From the NCBI GenBank assembly GCA_021777565.1, contig JAJYDJ010000002.1:69082-133081 (forward strand): a stretch of 64,000 bases of DNA. Direction: 5' to 3'. This document shows positions 29,735 through 39,165 of the stretch, piece after piece; position 1 is the stretch's first letter, and every line of letters starts with the position of its first letter. A model generated the notes under the pieces. That model was not told the origin of the DNA. It did no database searches and saw nothing but the letters and a program-made list of their open reading frames with translations. The translations under genes and the position numbers were made by a program. This DNA is from a bacterium. Lineage in GTDB: Bacteria > Patescibacteriota > Microgenomatia > Levybacterales > UBA12049.

Positions 29735-29777
29735 TACCAAAACTACACCTCTATGGAAAAAGGTATAGTTTTTGGTA
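29735..29777. repeat. 16/17-bp inverted repeat between the 87-aa gene and the P-type ATPase
   Basis: TACCAAAACTACACCT, 10 nt loop, AGGTATAGTTTTTGGTA. Confidence 0.75.
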
Positions 29778-29788
29778 AAAAAAGACTT

Positions 29789-30052
29789 TTATCTTCGCTT
29801 CTTTTGTAGGCTGTTCCACAGCATAGCAAAAAGATATCCAGCAAGATATCCGATGCCAAAGGTAACGAGTATAAGAAGTCCTGCTTGAGTTGCATTAAAC
29901 CCAGTCACATGATACACAGGTGTGATCATATGGAGCCAGAAAATCCAGTCGATAAGTGGCTGCGCAAGGCCAATAAAAATCAAAAGACTCCAGAACGCAT
30001 GCCATCCACCAAGGAACAGACCGACAATTAGACCAACTTTGTTCTCTTTCAT
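29789..30052 (-). CDS. Small 2-TM hypothetical membrane protein
   Basis: Strong SD (AGGGAGGTGA) and TATACT upstream; two hydrophobic segments; basic tail. Confidence 0.75.
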   Translation of the reverse strand: MKENKVGLIVGLFLGGWHAFWSLLIFIGLAQPLIDWIFWLHMITPVYHVTGFNATQAGLLILVTFGIGYLAGYLFAMLWNSLQKKRR

Positions 30053-30093
30053 CTAACTCACCTCCCTTCATATCTAGTATAGATACAAATTTG

Positions 30094-31620
30094 TCACAAT
30101 GTAAATTCCTGTTTTTGTCTATATTGAAGGCTTTCTGCTATGTGGTGCTCAAAAATCTCTTCTGATCCTTCAAGATCTGCTATTGTTCTCGCGAGCTTGA
30201 TAACTCGATTGTAGCTTCTTGCAGACAGGTGCAAATTCTCAATTGAGAGTTTCAGTAGCTGTATACAAGGATCAGATAATCTGCAGTGCATACCTACTTC
30301 TTTTGAACCCATGTCAGCATTACACGTGAGTGGCGTCCCTGCAAATCTTTCCAGTTGTCTATCCCGAGCTTTTTGTACACGCGCTCGGATGGTTTCTGAA
30401 CTTTCTTGCTCTTGTGGAGAGCTGGTAAGTTTATCAACCGGAACTGCAGGGACATCAATATGAATATCTATGCGGTCCAGAAGTGGCCCAGAAATTCGCT
30501 TCTGATAGCGAAGAATATGAAGCGGTGAGCATGAACAGGTGTGTGTAGTGTCTCCCAGGTATCCACAAGGACAAGGATTGAGTGCGGCAATGAGCATAAA
30601 CTTACAAGGGAATGTAGTCCGTCCTTTCGCTCTACTAATAGTAACGAAACCATCCTCCAAGGGTTGTCTGAGCCCTTCCAGCACAGTGCGTGGGAACTCA
30701 GGGAGTTCATCCAGGAAGAGAATACCACGATGTGCAAGGGATATCTCTCCTGGTCTAGGAGAAGTTCCTCCCCCGATAAGACCGATGTGGGAGATCGTAT
30801 GGTGAGGAGCACGAAACGGGCGCGTTTGTTTTATCCCATCTTGATCTAAAAGCCCAGCAATACTATAAATTTTAGTGATTTCAATCATTTCAGAGAATGT
30901 CATGGTGGGCAGAATTGAGGGGAAGGTACGTGCTAGAAGGGTTTTCCCAGCACCTGGTGGACCTTTAAATAGTATGTTGTGTCCTCCTGCCGCGGCGATT
31001 TCAAGTGCTCTTTTGGCTTGTTCCTGTCCTTTGATGTCTGCTATGTCATGAGGGTAGGTCTTCACAGGCGTCATTTCTGGTGGTTGTACCTGGGATGGTT
31101 CAATACTTTTTTGATTGGTCAGATGAAAATAAAGTTGGTGTAGAGATGTAATGGGATAGATATTCACACCAGAAATAACAGTAGCCTCGCGCACATTCTC
31201 CTCGGGGAGGAAGCATTCTTTTATATGTCTTTCCCTCGCCATAAGTATTTGTGGGAGGACACCAGTACATCTTCTTAGTTTCCCATCCAAAGACAATTCT
31301 CCGATAAAAAGACTGTGTGTTGTGCTAACTTGGAGCTGCCCTGTGGCGATAAGTATACCAATGGCGATGGGGAGATCATATTGTGGACCTTCTTTTGGAA
31401 GGTCTGCGGGAGCGAGATTAACTGTTATTCGTTTCGCTGGGAAATCTGCTCCAGAATTTTTGAGAGCAGCACGAACTCTTTCTCGCGACTCTTCAATTGC
31501 TTTGTCAGGAAGGCCAACAATGGTGAAGCCAGGAAGCCCGCTTGAAGCAATATCAACTTCAACCTCAATGGGAATTGCATCAAGTCCAACAATTGCTGCT
31601 GACCAAACTTTTGCTAGCAT
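30094..31620 (-). CDS. comM: ComM/YifB Mg-chelatase-like AAA+ ATPase
   Basis: 'VNLAPADLPKEG', 'GPPGAGKT', 'RPFRAPHH', 'LDELPEF', 'CPCG', 'SGPLLDRID'. Confidence 0.93.
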   Translation of the reverse strand: MLAKVWSAAIVGLDAIPIEVEVDIASSGLPGFTIVGLPDKAIEESRERVRAALKNSGADFPAKRITVNLAPADLPKEGPQYDLPIAIGILIATGQLQVSTTHSLFIGELSLDGKLRRCTGVLPQILMARERHIKECFLPEENVREATVISGVNIYPITSLHQLYFHLTNQKSIEPSQVQPPEMTPVKTYPHDIADIKGQEQAKRALEIAAAGGHNILFKGPPGAGKTLLARTFPSILPTMTFSEMIEITKIYSIAGLLDQDGIKQTRPFRAPHHTISHIGLIGGGTSPRPGEISLAHRGILFLDELPEFPRTVLEGLRQPLEDGFVTISRAKGRTTFPCKFMLIAALNPCPCGYLGDTTHTCSCSPLHILRYQKRISGPLLDRIDIHIDVPAVPVDKLTSSPQEQESSETIRARVQKARDRQLERFAGTPLTCNADMGSKEVGMHCRLSDPCIQLLKLSIENLHLSARSYNRVIKLARTIADLEGSEEIFEHHIAESLQYRQKQEFTL

Positions 31621-31649
31621 TATTTTATGCTAACAATCCCGTGAATATA

Positions 31650-32636
31650 TTACTGTGAGAGAAGTCGTAGAATTTGTTTTGCGAGCTTATCTGAATCATG
31701 GCGGATGATACTTCTGGTTAATGTATCAGCTTTATTTTTTTCAATTGTCTTTCTCGTAATGATATTTCCGTGAAGCAGTGTATGTGACTTTTTTGATAAA
31801 TTGTCTTGCACTGGAACTTCACCAAATTGTCGATACCACTCTCGTGTTTCTTCCGTTGGCTTGCCTGTGTTGATCAATACATGGGTTATGGTTTTATCGC
31901 CAAGATAGAGAGAAAGATCATCCAAATGGTCTTGTGCACTGTAGTCAGTTGTTTGACCTTTTTTAGTCATAAGATTCATGACAAAAAGTTTTTTCGCAGG
32001 AGATTTTTGTAATGCGTGAATAATGCCTTTAACCAAGAGATTGGGGATGATACTGGTATAGAGGTCTCCCGGACCAAGCACTACGAGGTCAGCTGATAGG
32101 ATTGCTTGAATCGCATCAGGATTGGCAGTAGCGTGAGGAGTAAGAAATGCCTTTTTGATACGTGGTCTGTTTACTTGTGCTTCAACTTCATCAATGTGTG
32201 TCTCACCAGTAATCACTGTACCGTCCACAAGTGTAACGCATAGTTGTGCTTGGTCAAACGTAACGGGGATGACATTTCCTTGGATGTGTAAAATGTCTGC
32301 CGCTTGCTTAATTGCATCTTTCATCGTCCCTGTTGTTTTCTCAAGTGCTGATAGAAAGATGTTGCCAAAGGTATGTCCTTTGAGTGAACCCTCAGTGAAA
32401 CGGTACATAAAAAGCTCTCGAAGTGTCTGAGATGAGTGGGAAAGTGCAACTAGACACTGTCTGACATCTCCCGGTGGAAGCACCCCGAGTTCGTCACGTA
32501 GTTTGCCACTTGATCCACCACTGTCCATCATGGTGACGATGGCACTAAGATCAACTGGATATTTTTTTAGACCGGACAGTGTCACAAATGTGCCTGTCCC
32601 GCCACCAATGATGACGATGCGCGGATTTTTTTTCAT
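31650..32636 (-). CDS. yvcK: YvcK/GlmR (UPF0052) UDP-GlcNAc-binding protein
   Basis: 'GGGTG', 'DSGGSSG', 'PPGDVR', 'GPGDLYTS', 'RHDSDKLA'. Start at ATG 32636. Confidence 0.92.
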   Translation of the reverse strand: MKKNPRIVIIGGGTGTFVTLSGLKKYPVDLSAIVTMMDSGGSSGKLRDELGVLPPGDVRQCLVALSHSSQTLRELFMYRFTEGSLKGHTFGNIFLSALEKTTGTMKDAIKQAADILHIQGNVIPVTFDQAQLCVTLVDGTVITGETHIDEVEAQVNRPRIKKAFLTPHATANPDAIQAILSADLVVLGPGDLYTSIIPNLLVKGIIHALQKSPAKKLFVMNLMTKKGQTTDYSAQDHLDDLSLYLGDKTITHVLINTGKPTEETREWYRQFGEVPVQDNLSKKSHTLLHGNIITRKTIEKNKADTLTRSIIRHDSDKLAKQILRLLSQ

Positions 32637-32637
32637 G

Positions 32638-34404
32638 TTATTTGACGGTAACTGATTTTGCGAGATTACGTGGTTTGTCAGGATCGGCAACACCTCTTTG
32701 CAGAGAAAGGAAATAGCCAAGTAGTTGCAGGGGTATGACTTGTGTAATTAAGGGAATGCCGGTATCTTTCACTTGAATCCATTCATCGAAAATTGGTGAG
32801 TTTTTGGGAGAAATTCCGATGATATATCCACCTCGTGACTTGAGTTCCATAGCATTTGACAAGATAGCCGCATGCGTCTCGTCTTGGGGCGCGATAACGA
32901 TACACGGGGTCCCTTTGTCGATAAGAGCGATTGGGCCATGTTTTATTTCTCCTCCTGCAAGCCCTTCTGCATGTATATAGCTTACTTCCTTAATCTTTAG
33001 TGCTCCCTCCAGTGCCGTCGCATAAGACATACCACGACCAATCAAATACACGTGTTCATGCCGTGCGATTTTTTTTGCAATAGAGCGTAATGTTTTTGTT
33101 GTGTTTGGTTTCAGTAAACGTTGAATTTCTTGGGCACTTTCCAAAAGTTTCTTTTGTCCTGTTTGACTGTCCTTTGCAATGGCATATGCAAGATACGTAA
33201 GTACAGCAATTTTTGCTGTATAGGCTTTGGTTGATGCGACTGCTTTCTCGGGACCTGCCTGCAAAAGAATTGTCTGATCAGCGAGTCGATAGATGGTGGA
33301 GCCAAGCGTGTTAACAATTGCCAGGATTTTACTTCCCTTCTTTTTGGCACGAGTAAGTGGCTCGACAATATCGATGGTTTCTCCTGATTGTGAGAGAGGA
33401 ATAATAAGGCTGTCTGGAGTAAGAAAATCTTCCAGATACATAAATTCTGAGGCAGGGGCCATATTGACATGAATGTGGGCAATTTTTGAAAAAAGATACG
33501 TGCCTGCGAGACAGGCGTATGATGCAGTGCCACTTCCAATAAAGAAGGTGCCAAATGCATGCTCGATACGAGGAGCTTGTTTCTCAATGAGTTCTTTTTG
33601 TGTTTTAGCAATGGTACGAATAACTTGTGGCTGTTCGGCAATTTCCTTAAGCATGAAATGCTTATAGTTTCCTTTTGTGACGTGAGATTGTTGCCATGAT
33701 ACAGTCTCGAAATATTCTTTAATGTGTTTGTCCGTGTCGATATGCTCAAGTACCAACGAGTTCTCTCCCAAGATAGCAAGCTCATGATCGTTGAGAAAAA
33801 GAAGGGTATTTGTATAGGGGAGGATGCCCACTGCATCTGATGCAATAAAGTATTCATCTTGTCCCTTCCCAATGACGATAGGAGAACCATTTTTAACAAC
33901 GAAAATCTCTTTTGTTCTCTGGTAGAGAATAACAAGTGCGGAAAGTCCGCGCAATCTCTGGAACGTTTTTTTAACAGCATTTTTGATAGGACTGTGTTTT
34001 ACATACTCTTCAAGTAAATGGGGGACGACTTCGGTGTCAGTGTCAGAGGTGAAATGATGCCCTTTTTTTAGTAACTCTTCTTTTAGCTCTTGATAGTTCT
34101 CGATAATGCCATTGTGTAAGACAGCAATCTCCTCGTTGCAGTCCAGATGTGGGTGGGCATTCTTCTCAAATACGCCTCCATGGGTTGCCCAGCGGGTATG
34201 GCCTATCCCAATTGTTCCACCAGAGAGTTTGAGTTGTTTCTTATCAATCTTGCCAGTTTGCCTTTGTCTTTGAAGTTTCTGGTTGCTATTTAAAATAGCG
34301 ATCCCCCATGAGTCATAGCCGCGATACTCAAGTGTCTGGAGCCCTTTGAAGATCATTTCAGGTGCATTGGTTTTTGTCCCAATGTAGCCAAAAATACCAC
34401 ACAT
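32638..34404 (-). CDS. glmS: Glutamine--fructose-6-phosphate aminotransferase
   Basis: N-terminal MCGIFG, 'GHTRWATHG', 'SQSGET', C-terminal 'PRNLAKSVT'. Start at 34404. Confidence 0.97.
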   Translation of the reverse strand: MCGIFGYIGTKTNAPEMIFKGLQTLEYRGYDSWGIAILNSNQKLQRQRQTGKIDKKQLKLSGGTIGIGHTRWATHGGVFEKNAHPHLDCNEEIAVLHNGIIENYQELKEELLKKGHHFTSDTDTEVVPHLLEEYVKHSPIKNAVKKTFQRLRGLSALVILYQRTKEIFVVKNGSPIVIGKGQDEYFIASDAVGILPYTNTLLFLNDHELAILGENSLVLEHIDTDKHIKEYFETVSWQQSHVTKGNYKHFMLKEIAEQPQVIRTIAKTQKELIEKQAPRIEHAFGTFFIGSGTASYACLAGTYLFSKIAHIHVNMAPASEFMYLEDFLTPDSLIIPLSQSGETIDIVEPLTRAKKKGSKILAIVNTLGSTIYRLADQTILLQAGPEKAVASTKAYTAKIAVLTYLAYAIAKDSQTGQKKLLESAQEIQRLLKPNTTKTLRSIAKKIARHEHVYLIGRGMSYATALEGALKIKEVSYIHAEGLAGGEIKHGPIALIDKGTPCIVIAPQDETHAAILSNAMELKSRGGYIIGISPKNSPIFDEWIQVKDTGIPLITQVIPLQLLGYFLSLQRGVADPDKPRNLAKSVTVK

Positions 34405-34479
34405 AGGTGTTTGTATCATAACACAATTTTCTGTTGCATTTGCAATGCACCAAGCGAATGGTACAATGAGCCTAACTTT

Positions 34480-36237
34480 ATGGATAATGTGAGTACGGTA
34501 CGCGAGAGAACGGATATTGTTCAATTAATTGGAAGTTTTATTACCTTGAAAAAAATGGGTGGAAATTTTAAAGCACCTTGTCCATTTCATCAGGAAAAAA
34601 CCCCATCTTTTGTCGTCTCCCCAGAAAGACAAATCTGGCATTGTTTTGGCTGTCAAAAAGGAGGAGACGTATTTACCTTCATCATGGAATATGAGCATGT
34701 GGAATTCCCTGAGGCACTCAAAATTCTCGCAGACAGAGCGGGGATTACACTACAAAACAACTTTGATAGTAAAAATGCATCCAAGAGAGAACTTTTGCTA
34801 GAGATAAATCGATTGGCAGGAGAATATTATCATTTTCTTTTGACCAAACACGCTGTTGGTGAGAAAGCACGAGAGTATCTCAAAAAACGTGGGATCAATG
34901 AAAAACTTTGGGAAACATTTCAAATAGGTTTTGCTCCCAAAGGAGCAAATTTATATCAGTATCTTACCCAAAAAAAGCACCTTCATCCCCAGGACATTGC
35001 TGATGCAGGACTCAGTGCTGGTATGAGAAAAAATATGGATTTCTTTCAAAACAGGCTAACCTTTGCCCTCTGTGACCATCGTGGTAATATTTTGGGCTTC
35101 TCAGGAAGGGCAATTGATACAGATTTTTTTGGAGGCAAGTATATTAATACACGTGAGACAGATATCTATCACAAGGGTGAGGCCTGTTTCGGTCTCAATA
35201 TTACAAAGGATGAAATCAAAAAGAAAAATCAGGTCATGGTGATGGAAGGAGAATTTGATGTTATGAGTTCTTTCCAGGAGGGAGTAGGGAATGTCATTGC
35301 TTTAAAAGGAACCGCATTTACCAAAATGCAGGCGAAGCTTTTGAAGCGCTTTTGTAATAAAGTTACCCTGTGTCTGGACATGGATAGTGCGGGACAGGAT
35401 GCTCTGCGTAGAAGTGTCCCTGTGCTTGAAGAGGAAGATATGACGATTACAGCTGTGGTACTCCCTAGCGGGAAAGACCCTGATGAGCTTGCTCGTGAAG
35501 ATCCGATTGCCTTAAGAAAGGCACTAGAGGATGATTCGCCAATTTATGATGTCCTCTTGCAGCAATTTATGCATCTTTTTGATGGGAAGACGATCGAAGG
35601 GAAAAAACAGATTTCATCACAGTTCCTCTCTTATCTTACGACAGTGCAAAATGAAGTGGTGAAGGATCACTATCTCAAGCTTTTAGGAAAATCACTTGAT
35701 GTCTCAGTGGAGGTACTGATGCGGGAGTTTGAGAAAGCTCAAAGGGTACAGTCTCTTGGGAAGGATACTCCTATGGTGGTCAGTGAAGAGAAAAAATCTC
35801 GTCAGGACATGCTGGAGGAATACACGCTTGCGATACTTGTGCAACAATCCCAGCCTCAAATGATTATTCGAGCCCAGCAAGAGCTGTTTTCACGACTTTC
35901 TTGGCATATCCCTTCCCGAGGCAAGCTTATACAGTCATTACTGAGTTTGACTGACTATCAGCCAGCTCAGTTTGCATCTACTCTGGCCTCAGAGTTGGTC
36001 CCTGTCTTTGATATGGCTTTTTTGCAGCCGATAGCTTCATTTACTCAGGATGAAGCTGAGAAAGAGTGTGTAAAAAGTGTAAAGGAGCTCATCTCATTAT
36101 CTCTCAGACAGCAGATGAAAGAGGTCTCTGAGGAGATACAGGTTCAAGAAAAGGCGAATAATGAAGAAAAAATCGCTCAACTGGAGGAACAACTATCGAA
36201 AATTATGCAAGAAATTGCCCATATTGAAAAGCCGTAG
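34480..36237 (+). CDS. dnaG: DNA primase
   Basis: Zn finger 'CPFHQEKTPSF...HCFGC'; TOPRIM 'EGEFD', 'DMD', 'KDPD'. Confidence 0.97.
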   Translation: MDNVSTVRERTDIVQLIGSFITLKKMGGNFKAPCPFHQEKTPSFVVSPERQIWHCFGCQKGGDVFTFIMEYEHVEFPEALKILADRAGITLQNNFDSKNASKRELLLEINRLAGEYYHFLLTKHAVGEKAREYLKKRGINEKLWETFQIGFAPKGANLYQYLTQKKHLHPQDIADAGLSAGMRKNMDFFQNRLTFALCDHRGNILGFSGRAIDTDFFGGKYINTRETDIYHKGEACFGLNITKDEIKKKNQVMVMEGEFDVMSSFQEGVGNVIALKGTAFTKMQAKLLKRFCNKVTLCLDMDSAGQDALRRSVPVLEEEDMTITAVVLPSGKDPDELAREDPIALRKALEDDSPIYDVLLQQFMHLFDGKTIEGKKQISSQFLSYLTTVQNEVVKDHYLKLLGKSLDVSVEVLMREFEKAQRVQSLGKDTPMVVSEEKKSRQDMLEEYTLAILVQQSQPQMIIRAQQELFSRLSWHIPSRGKLIQSLLSLTDYQPAQFASTLASELVPVFDMAFLQPIASFTQDEAEKECVKSVKELISLSLRQQMKEVSEEIQVQEKANNEEKIAQLEEQLSKIMQEIAHIEKP

Positions 36238-36270
36238 GAATATTCTTGCAATATTTGCTATAATAGGCAC

Positions 36271-37353
36271 ATGCAAAAGGCCCCACCAGTTGTCAATGAT
36301 ATTACTACGTCTGCAAAGAAGAGGGGATATATTACCCAAGAAGAAATTTTAAATATTTTTGCTAAGCCTGAAGAGCATCTTGAAGAGCTTGATGAATTGT
36401 ATGCAAAGCTCCTAGCAATGGACATTGATGTCTTTGAGTCAACTGCCCAACAGGATGACACTACAAAACCTATTGCCGATCTTGAAAAAGAATTAGAAGC
36501 ACTGACGGTGTTGACTGAAGGATCAGTTTCAGACCCAGTGAGAATGTATCTAAAAGAGATCGGACGGATTCCACTTTTGACATTTGATCAAGAAATAGAA
36601 TTGGCTAAAAAGGTAGAAAAAGGTGATGAAGTAGCAAAACAAAAACTTACAACTGCCAATCTTCGATTGGTTGTCTCTATTGCAAAAAAATATGTTGGGA
36701 GAGGACTGACCTTGTTGGATTTGATTCAAGAAGGGAACCAAGGACTTATTCGTGCTGTTGAGAAATATGATTGGCGAAGAGGATTTAAGTTCTCAACGTA
36801 TGCCACTTGGTGGATTCGACAGTCAATTACTCGTGCTATTGCTGACCAGGCTCGTACTATTAGAATTCCTGTTCATATGGTAGAAAACATTAATCGCTTT
36901 TTGAGAATGTCTCGAAAGTTGATGCAGGATTTGGGCCGCGAACCAACCCCTGAGGAAGTAGCAAAAGCACTTGGTATTGATGCAGAGAAAGCAATGGAAA
37001 TTATCAAGATTTCTCAAGAGCCAGCAAGTCTTGAAATGAGTATTGGTGATGAAGACGATAGTAGACTAGGAGATTTTATCTCAGATACGACTAAACCTAC
37101 CCTTTTTGATGAAGCTTCGCGTGAGCTTCTTAAAGAACAAGTAGAAAAAGTGCTTGAGTCTCTGTCAGAGCGTGAAAGAAGAGTCCTTGAAGAGCGATTT
37201 GGGCTCAGAGATGGCAAACCAAAGACTTTGGAAGAAGTTGGTAAGTTATTTGCGGTTACCCGTGAACGTATTCGACAGATTGAAGCAAAAGCGCTGCGGA
37301 AATTGCGCCATCCGACCCGTGCGCACCTCCTAAAAGACTATCTTGAATCATAA
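36271..37353 (+). CDS. rpoD: RNA polymerase primary sigma factor
   Basis: '[11 protein letters not shown]', '[10 protein letters not shown]', '[11 protein letters not shown]', 'TRERIRQIE'. TGCTATAAT lies 6 nt upstream of the ATG. Confidence 0.97.
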   Translation: MQKAPPVVNDITTSAKKRGYITQEEILNIFAKPEEHLEELDELYAKLLAMDIDVFESTAQQDDTTKPIADLEKELEALTVLTEGSVSDPVRMYLKEIGRIPLLTFDQEIELAKKVEKGDEVAKQKLTTANLRLVVSIAKKYVGRGLTLLDLIQEGNQGLIRAVEKYDWRRGFKFSTYATWWIRQSITRAIADQARTIRIPVHMVENINRFLRMSRKLMQDLGREPTPEEVAKALGIDAEKAMEIIKISQEPASLEMSIGDEDDSRLGDFISDTTKPTLFDEASRELLKEQVEKVLESLSERERRVLEERFGLRDGKPKTLEEVGKLFAVTRERIRQIEAKALRKLRHPTRAHLLKDYLES

Positions 37354-37356
37354 AAC

Positions 37357-37385
37357 TTGACAGGAGGCTCTATTTTGAGTACCTT
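37357..37385 (+). promoter_or_regulatory. Leaderless sigma70 promoter of sodN
   Basis: TTGACA, 17 nt, TACCTT, 6 nt, ATG. Confidence 0.7.
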
Positions 37386-37391
37386 GTAAGT

Positions 37392-37841
37392 ATGATCACA
37401 AAAATGATTGCCCCTCTTGTCAGCATGCTTCCTGCAACTCCAGTTTACGCACATTGTGATGTTCCTTGTGGGATCTATGACCCAAAACCAGCCCAAATTG
37501 CTGCAGCAACAGTATTGAAGATGGTTCAGAAGCTTGCTGCACTTACCCCACCAAATCCAAGTTCGACGCCACAGGATATTCTTAATTATCAAAATGACAC
37601 AACGCGCATGATCTGGACGAAAGAGGAGCATGCACGCAAATGCAAAACTGAACTCTACATCCTTTGGTCAGATTATTTTAAACCAGAGCATCTCGAAAAG
37701 TTCCCTGATTTACACACAAAATTCTGGACTGCAGTAAAATTGTGCAGCGAAAATAAGCAACATGTCAGTGAAGAATCTGCACAGAAGTTGATTGCTGCTG
37801 TTGATGAAATTGCTCAGATGTTTGTTGAGAGCAAGAAATAA
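37392..37841 (+). CDS. sodN: Nickel superoxide dismutase precursor
   Basis: Ni-hook 'AHCDVPCGIYDP' after a leader peptide; 'LWSDYFKP'. Confidence 0.96.
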   Translation: MITKMIAPLVSMLPATPVYAHCDVPCGIYDPKPAQIAAATVLKMVQKLAALTPPNPSSTPQDILNYQNDTTRMIWTKEEHARKCKTELYILWSDYFKPEHLEKFPDLHTKFWTAVKLCSENKQHVSEESAQKLIAAVDEIAQMFVESKK

Positions 37842-37846
37842 CTCCT

Positions 37847-38149
37847 GTGAAATTTCTTCCATTTGGTATCTTCAAAGTTGTTGGCACGAGTATGTCCCCA
37901 CTCTATACCCCCGGGATGCGTATCCTTGTTTGGAGATGGTTCCGTTTACTAAAACCAGGTGATGTTGTTGTACTTTCTGATCCCCGAGATGGGAGAAGGA
38001 TCGTTAAAAGAGTTGAGAAAATACTTGATGGGGATCTAGAAGAAAAATATCATGTTCTTGGTGATAATAAAAATGAGAGCACAGACAGTCGTGTCTTTGG
38101 GCCTGTCTCAAAAGAATCTATCTTGGGAAAAGTTGTTTGGCACGGATAG
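37847..38149 (+). CDS. sodX: NiSOD maturation protease (S26-like)
   Basis: 'GTSMSP', 'VKRV', 'GDNKNESTDSRVFGPV'. Directly after sodN. Confidence 0.9.
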   Translation: MKFLPFGIFKVVGTSMSPLYTPGMRILVWRWFRLLKPGDVVVLSDPRDGRRIVKRVEKILDGDLEEKYHVLGDNKNESTDSRVFGPVSKESILGKVVWHG

Positions 38150-38150
38150 T

Positions 38151-39164
38151 TTACTTCTTTACGCGCAGAAGAATGTAGCGAAACGTGTCAGCGAAACGGT
38201 ACAGTTGATACAAGAAGGGTGATACCACCAGATCATAACTTCCCACAAACGTGTAGATATGTGACCCATATCGGACTTTAAAATCATGAAACCCATACCA
38301 AGGATCTTTTGGGTCAGCATCAGGGCCAAGCGAACCCCACATGTCAAAAAGCTCACAGTGCTGTTTCTTCCCAAACCGTATCACTTCCCACATCATTAAA
38401 TTTGGTGCCATAACATTGCGGAATTCTCTCGTAGAGTCGCCATAGGGATAGTACATCTTCTCTTTGAAAAGAAAGATGATCCATGTTGCAAGCGTTTTTT
38501 TTTCGTACATGGCCTTGAATAAATGAGCACTGAGCACATCATTGTGAGGCTCATGTGAGAGGGTTTCCCACATTTTTTTGAAATAGTTCTCAGAGTGGGC
38601 AAAAAAACCCTGTCGTTTAGTTGTTTCCTCCATGAGTGTCCAGAAGGTGTGGAGTGCTTCATCTGAATTGTCTTCAACGATTTCAACACCATGGCGCTGT
38701 GCCACCTTGATGTTATATCGCGTTTTGGGATGCATATTTTCCATGAGTGCCTTCTCATCAGGAGTCAGATCCAGAAGTAGTGTGTGCTGGGGGAAAAGTG
38801 GGTGGTGTGATGGTGTACACCCAAGACCGTGCATCAATGTCTTATTCTCTTTGCTGCTTGGCGCGTCAGGCTCAATTTGTATAAAAATACATTTATGTTT
38901 TTCTCCAATCCGTTTAAGTTGCTCAATGCTTTCTCTGTCAGGTAGTACTGACTTTGGATAGTAGCCTATTGTATAAGGAAGGCGTGGAATGGGATGAATA
39001 GTCAATTGTATTGTTTTGACAAGTTTTTTTTTCTCAAATTTCCCCATTCTTACTACTTTTACCCCTGTTTTTTCACGAAAAAGCCCCCATGAAGAGGTTT
39101 GCAATGGATGGTTTGCTATCTTGTCCATTGCTCCAAAATCTTTTTCAGTAATTTCTTGCCACAT
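38151..39164 (-). CDS. FemAB/FemX peptidoglycan bridge aminoacyltransferase
   Basis: 'HPLQTSSWG', 'KTRYNIKVA', 'YYPYG', 'FDMWG', 'FKVRYG'. Confidence 0.9.
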   Translation of the reverse strand: MWQEITEKDFGAMDKIANHPLQTSSWGLFREKTGVKVVRMGKFEKKKLVKTIQLTIHPIPRLPYTIGYYPKSVLPDRESIEQLKRIGEKHKCIFIQIEPDAPSSKENKTLMHGLGCTPSHHPLFPQHTLLLDLTPDEKALMENMHPKTRYNIKVAQRHGVEIVEDNSDEALHTFWTLMEETTKRQGFFAHSENYFKKMWETLSHEPHNDVLSAHLFKAMYEKKTLATWIIFLFKEKMYYPYGDSTREFRNVMAPNLMMWEVIRFGKKQHCELFDMWGSLGPDADPKDPWYGFHDFKVRYGSHIYTFVGSYDLVVSPFLYQLYRFADTFRYILLRVKK

Positions 39165-39165
39165 A

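Noticed and set aside
33111-33980. 289-aa alternate-frame ORF inside glmS
   Set aside because: No recognisable domain or start signals, and glmS is intact in its own frame.
34405-34479. glmS ribozyme
   Set aside because: The gap is 75 bp and is taken up by two divergent -10 elements.
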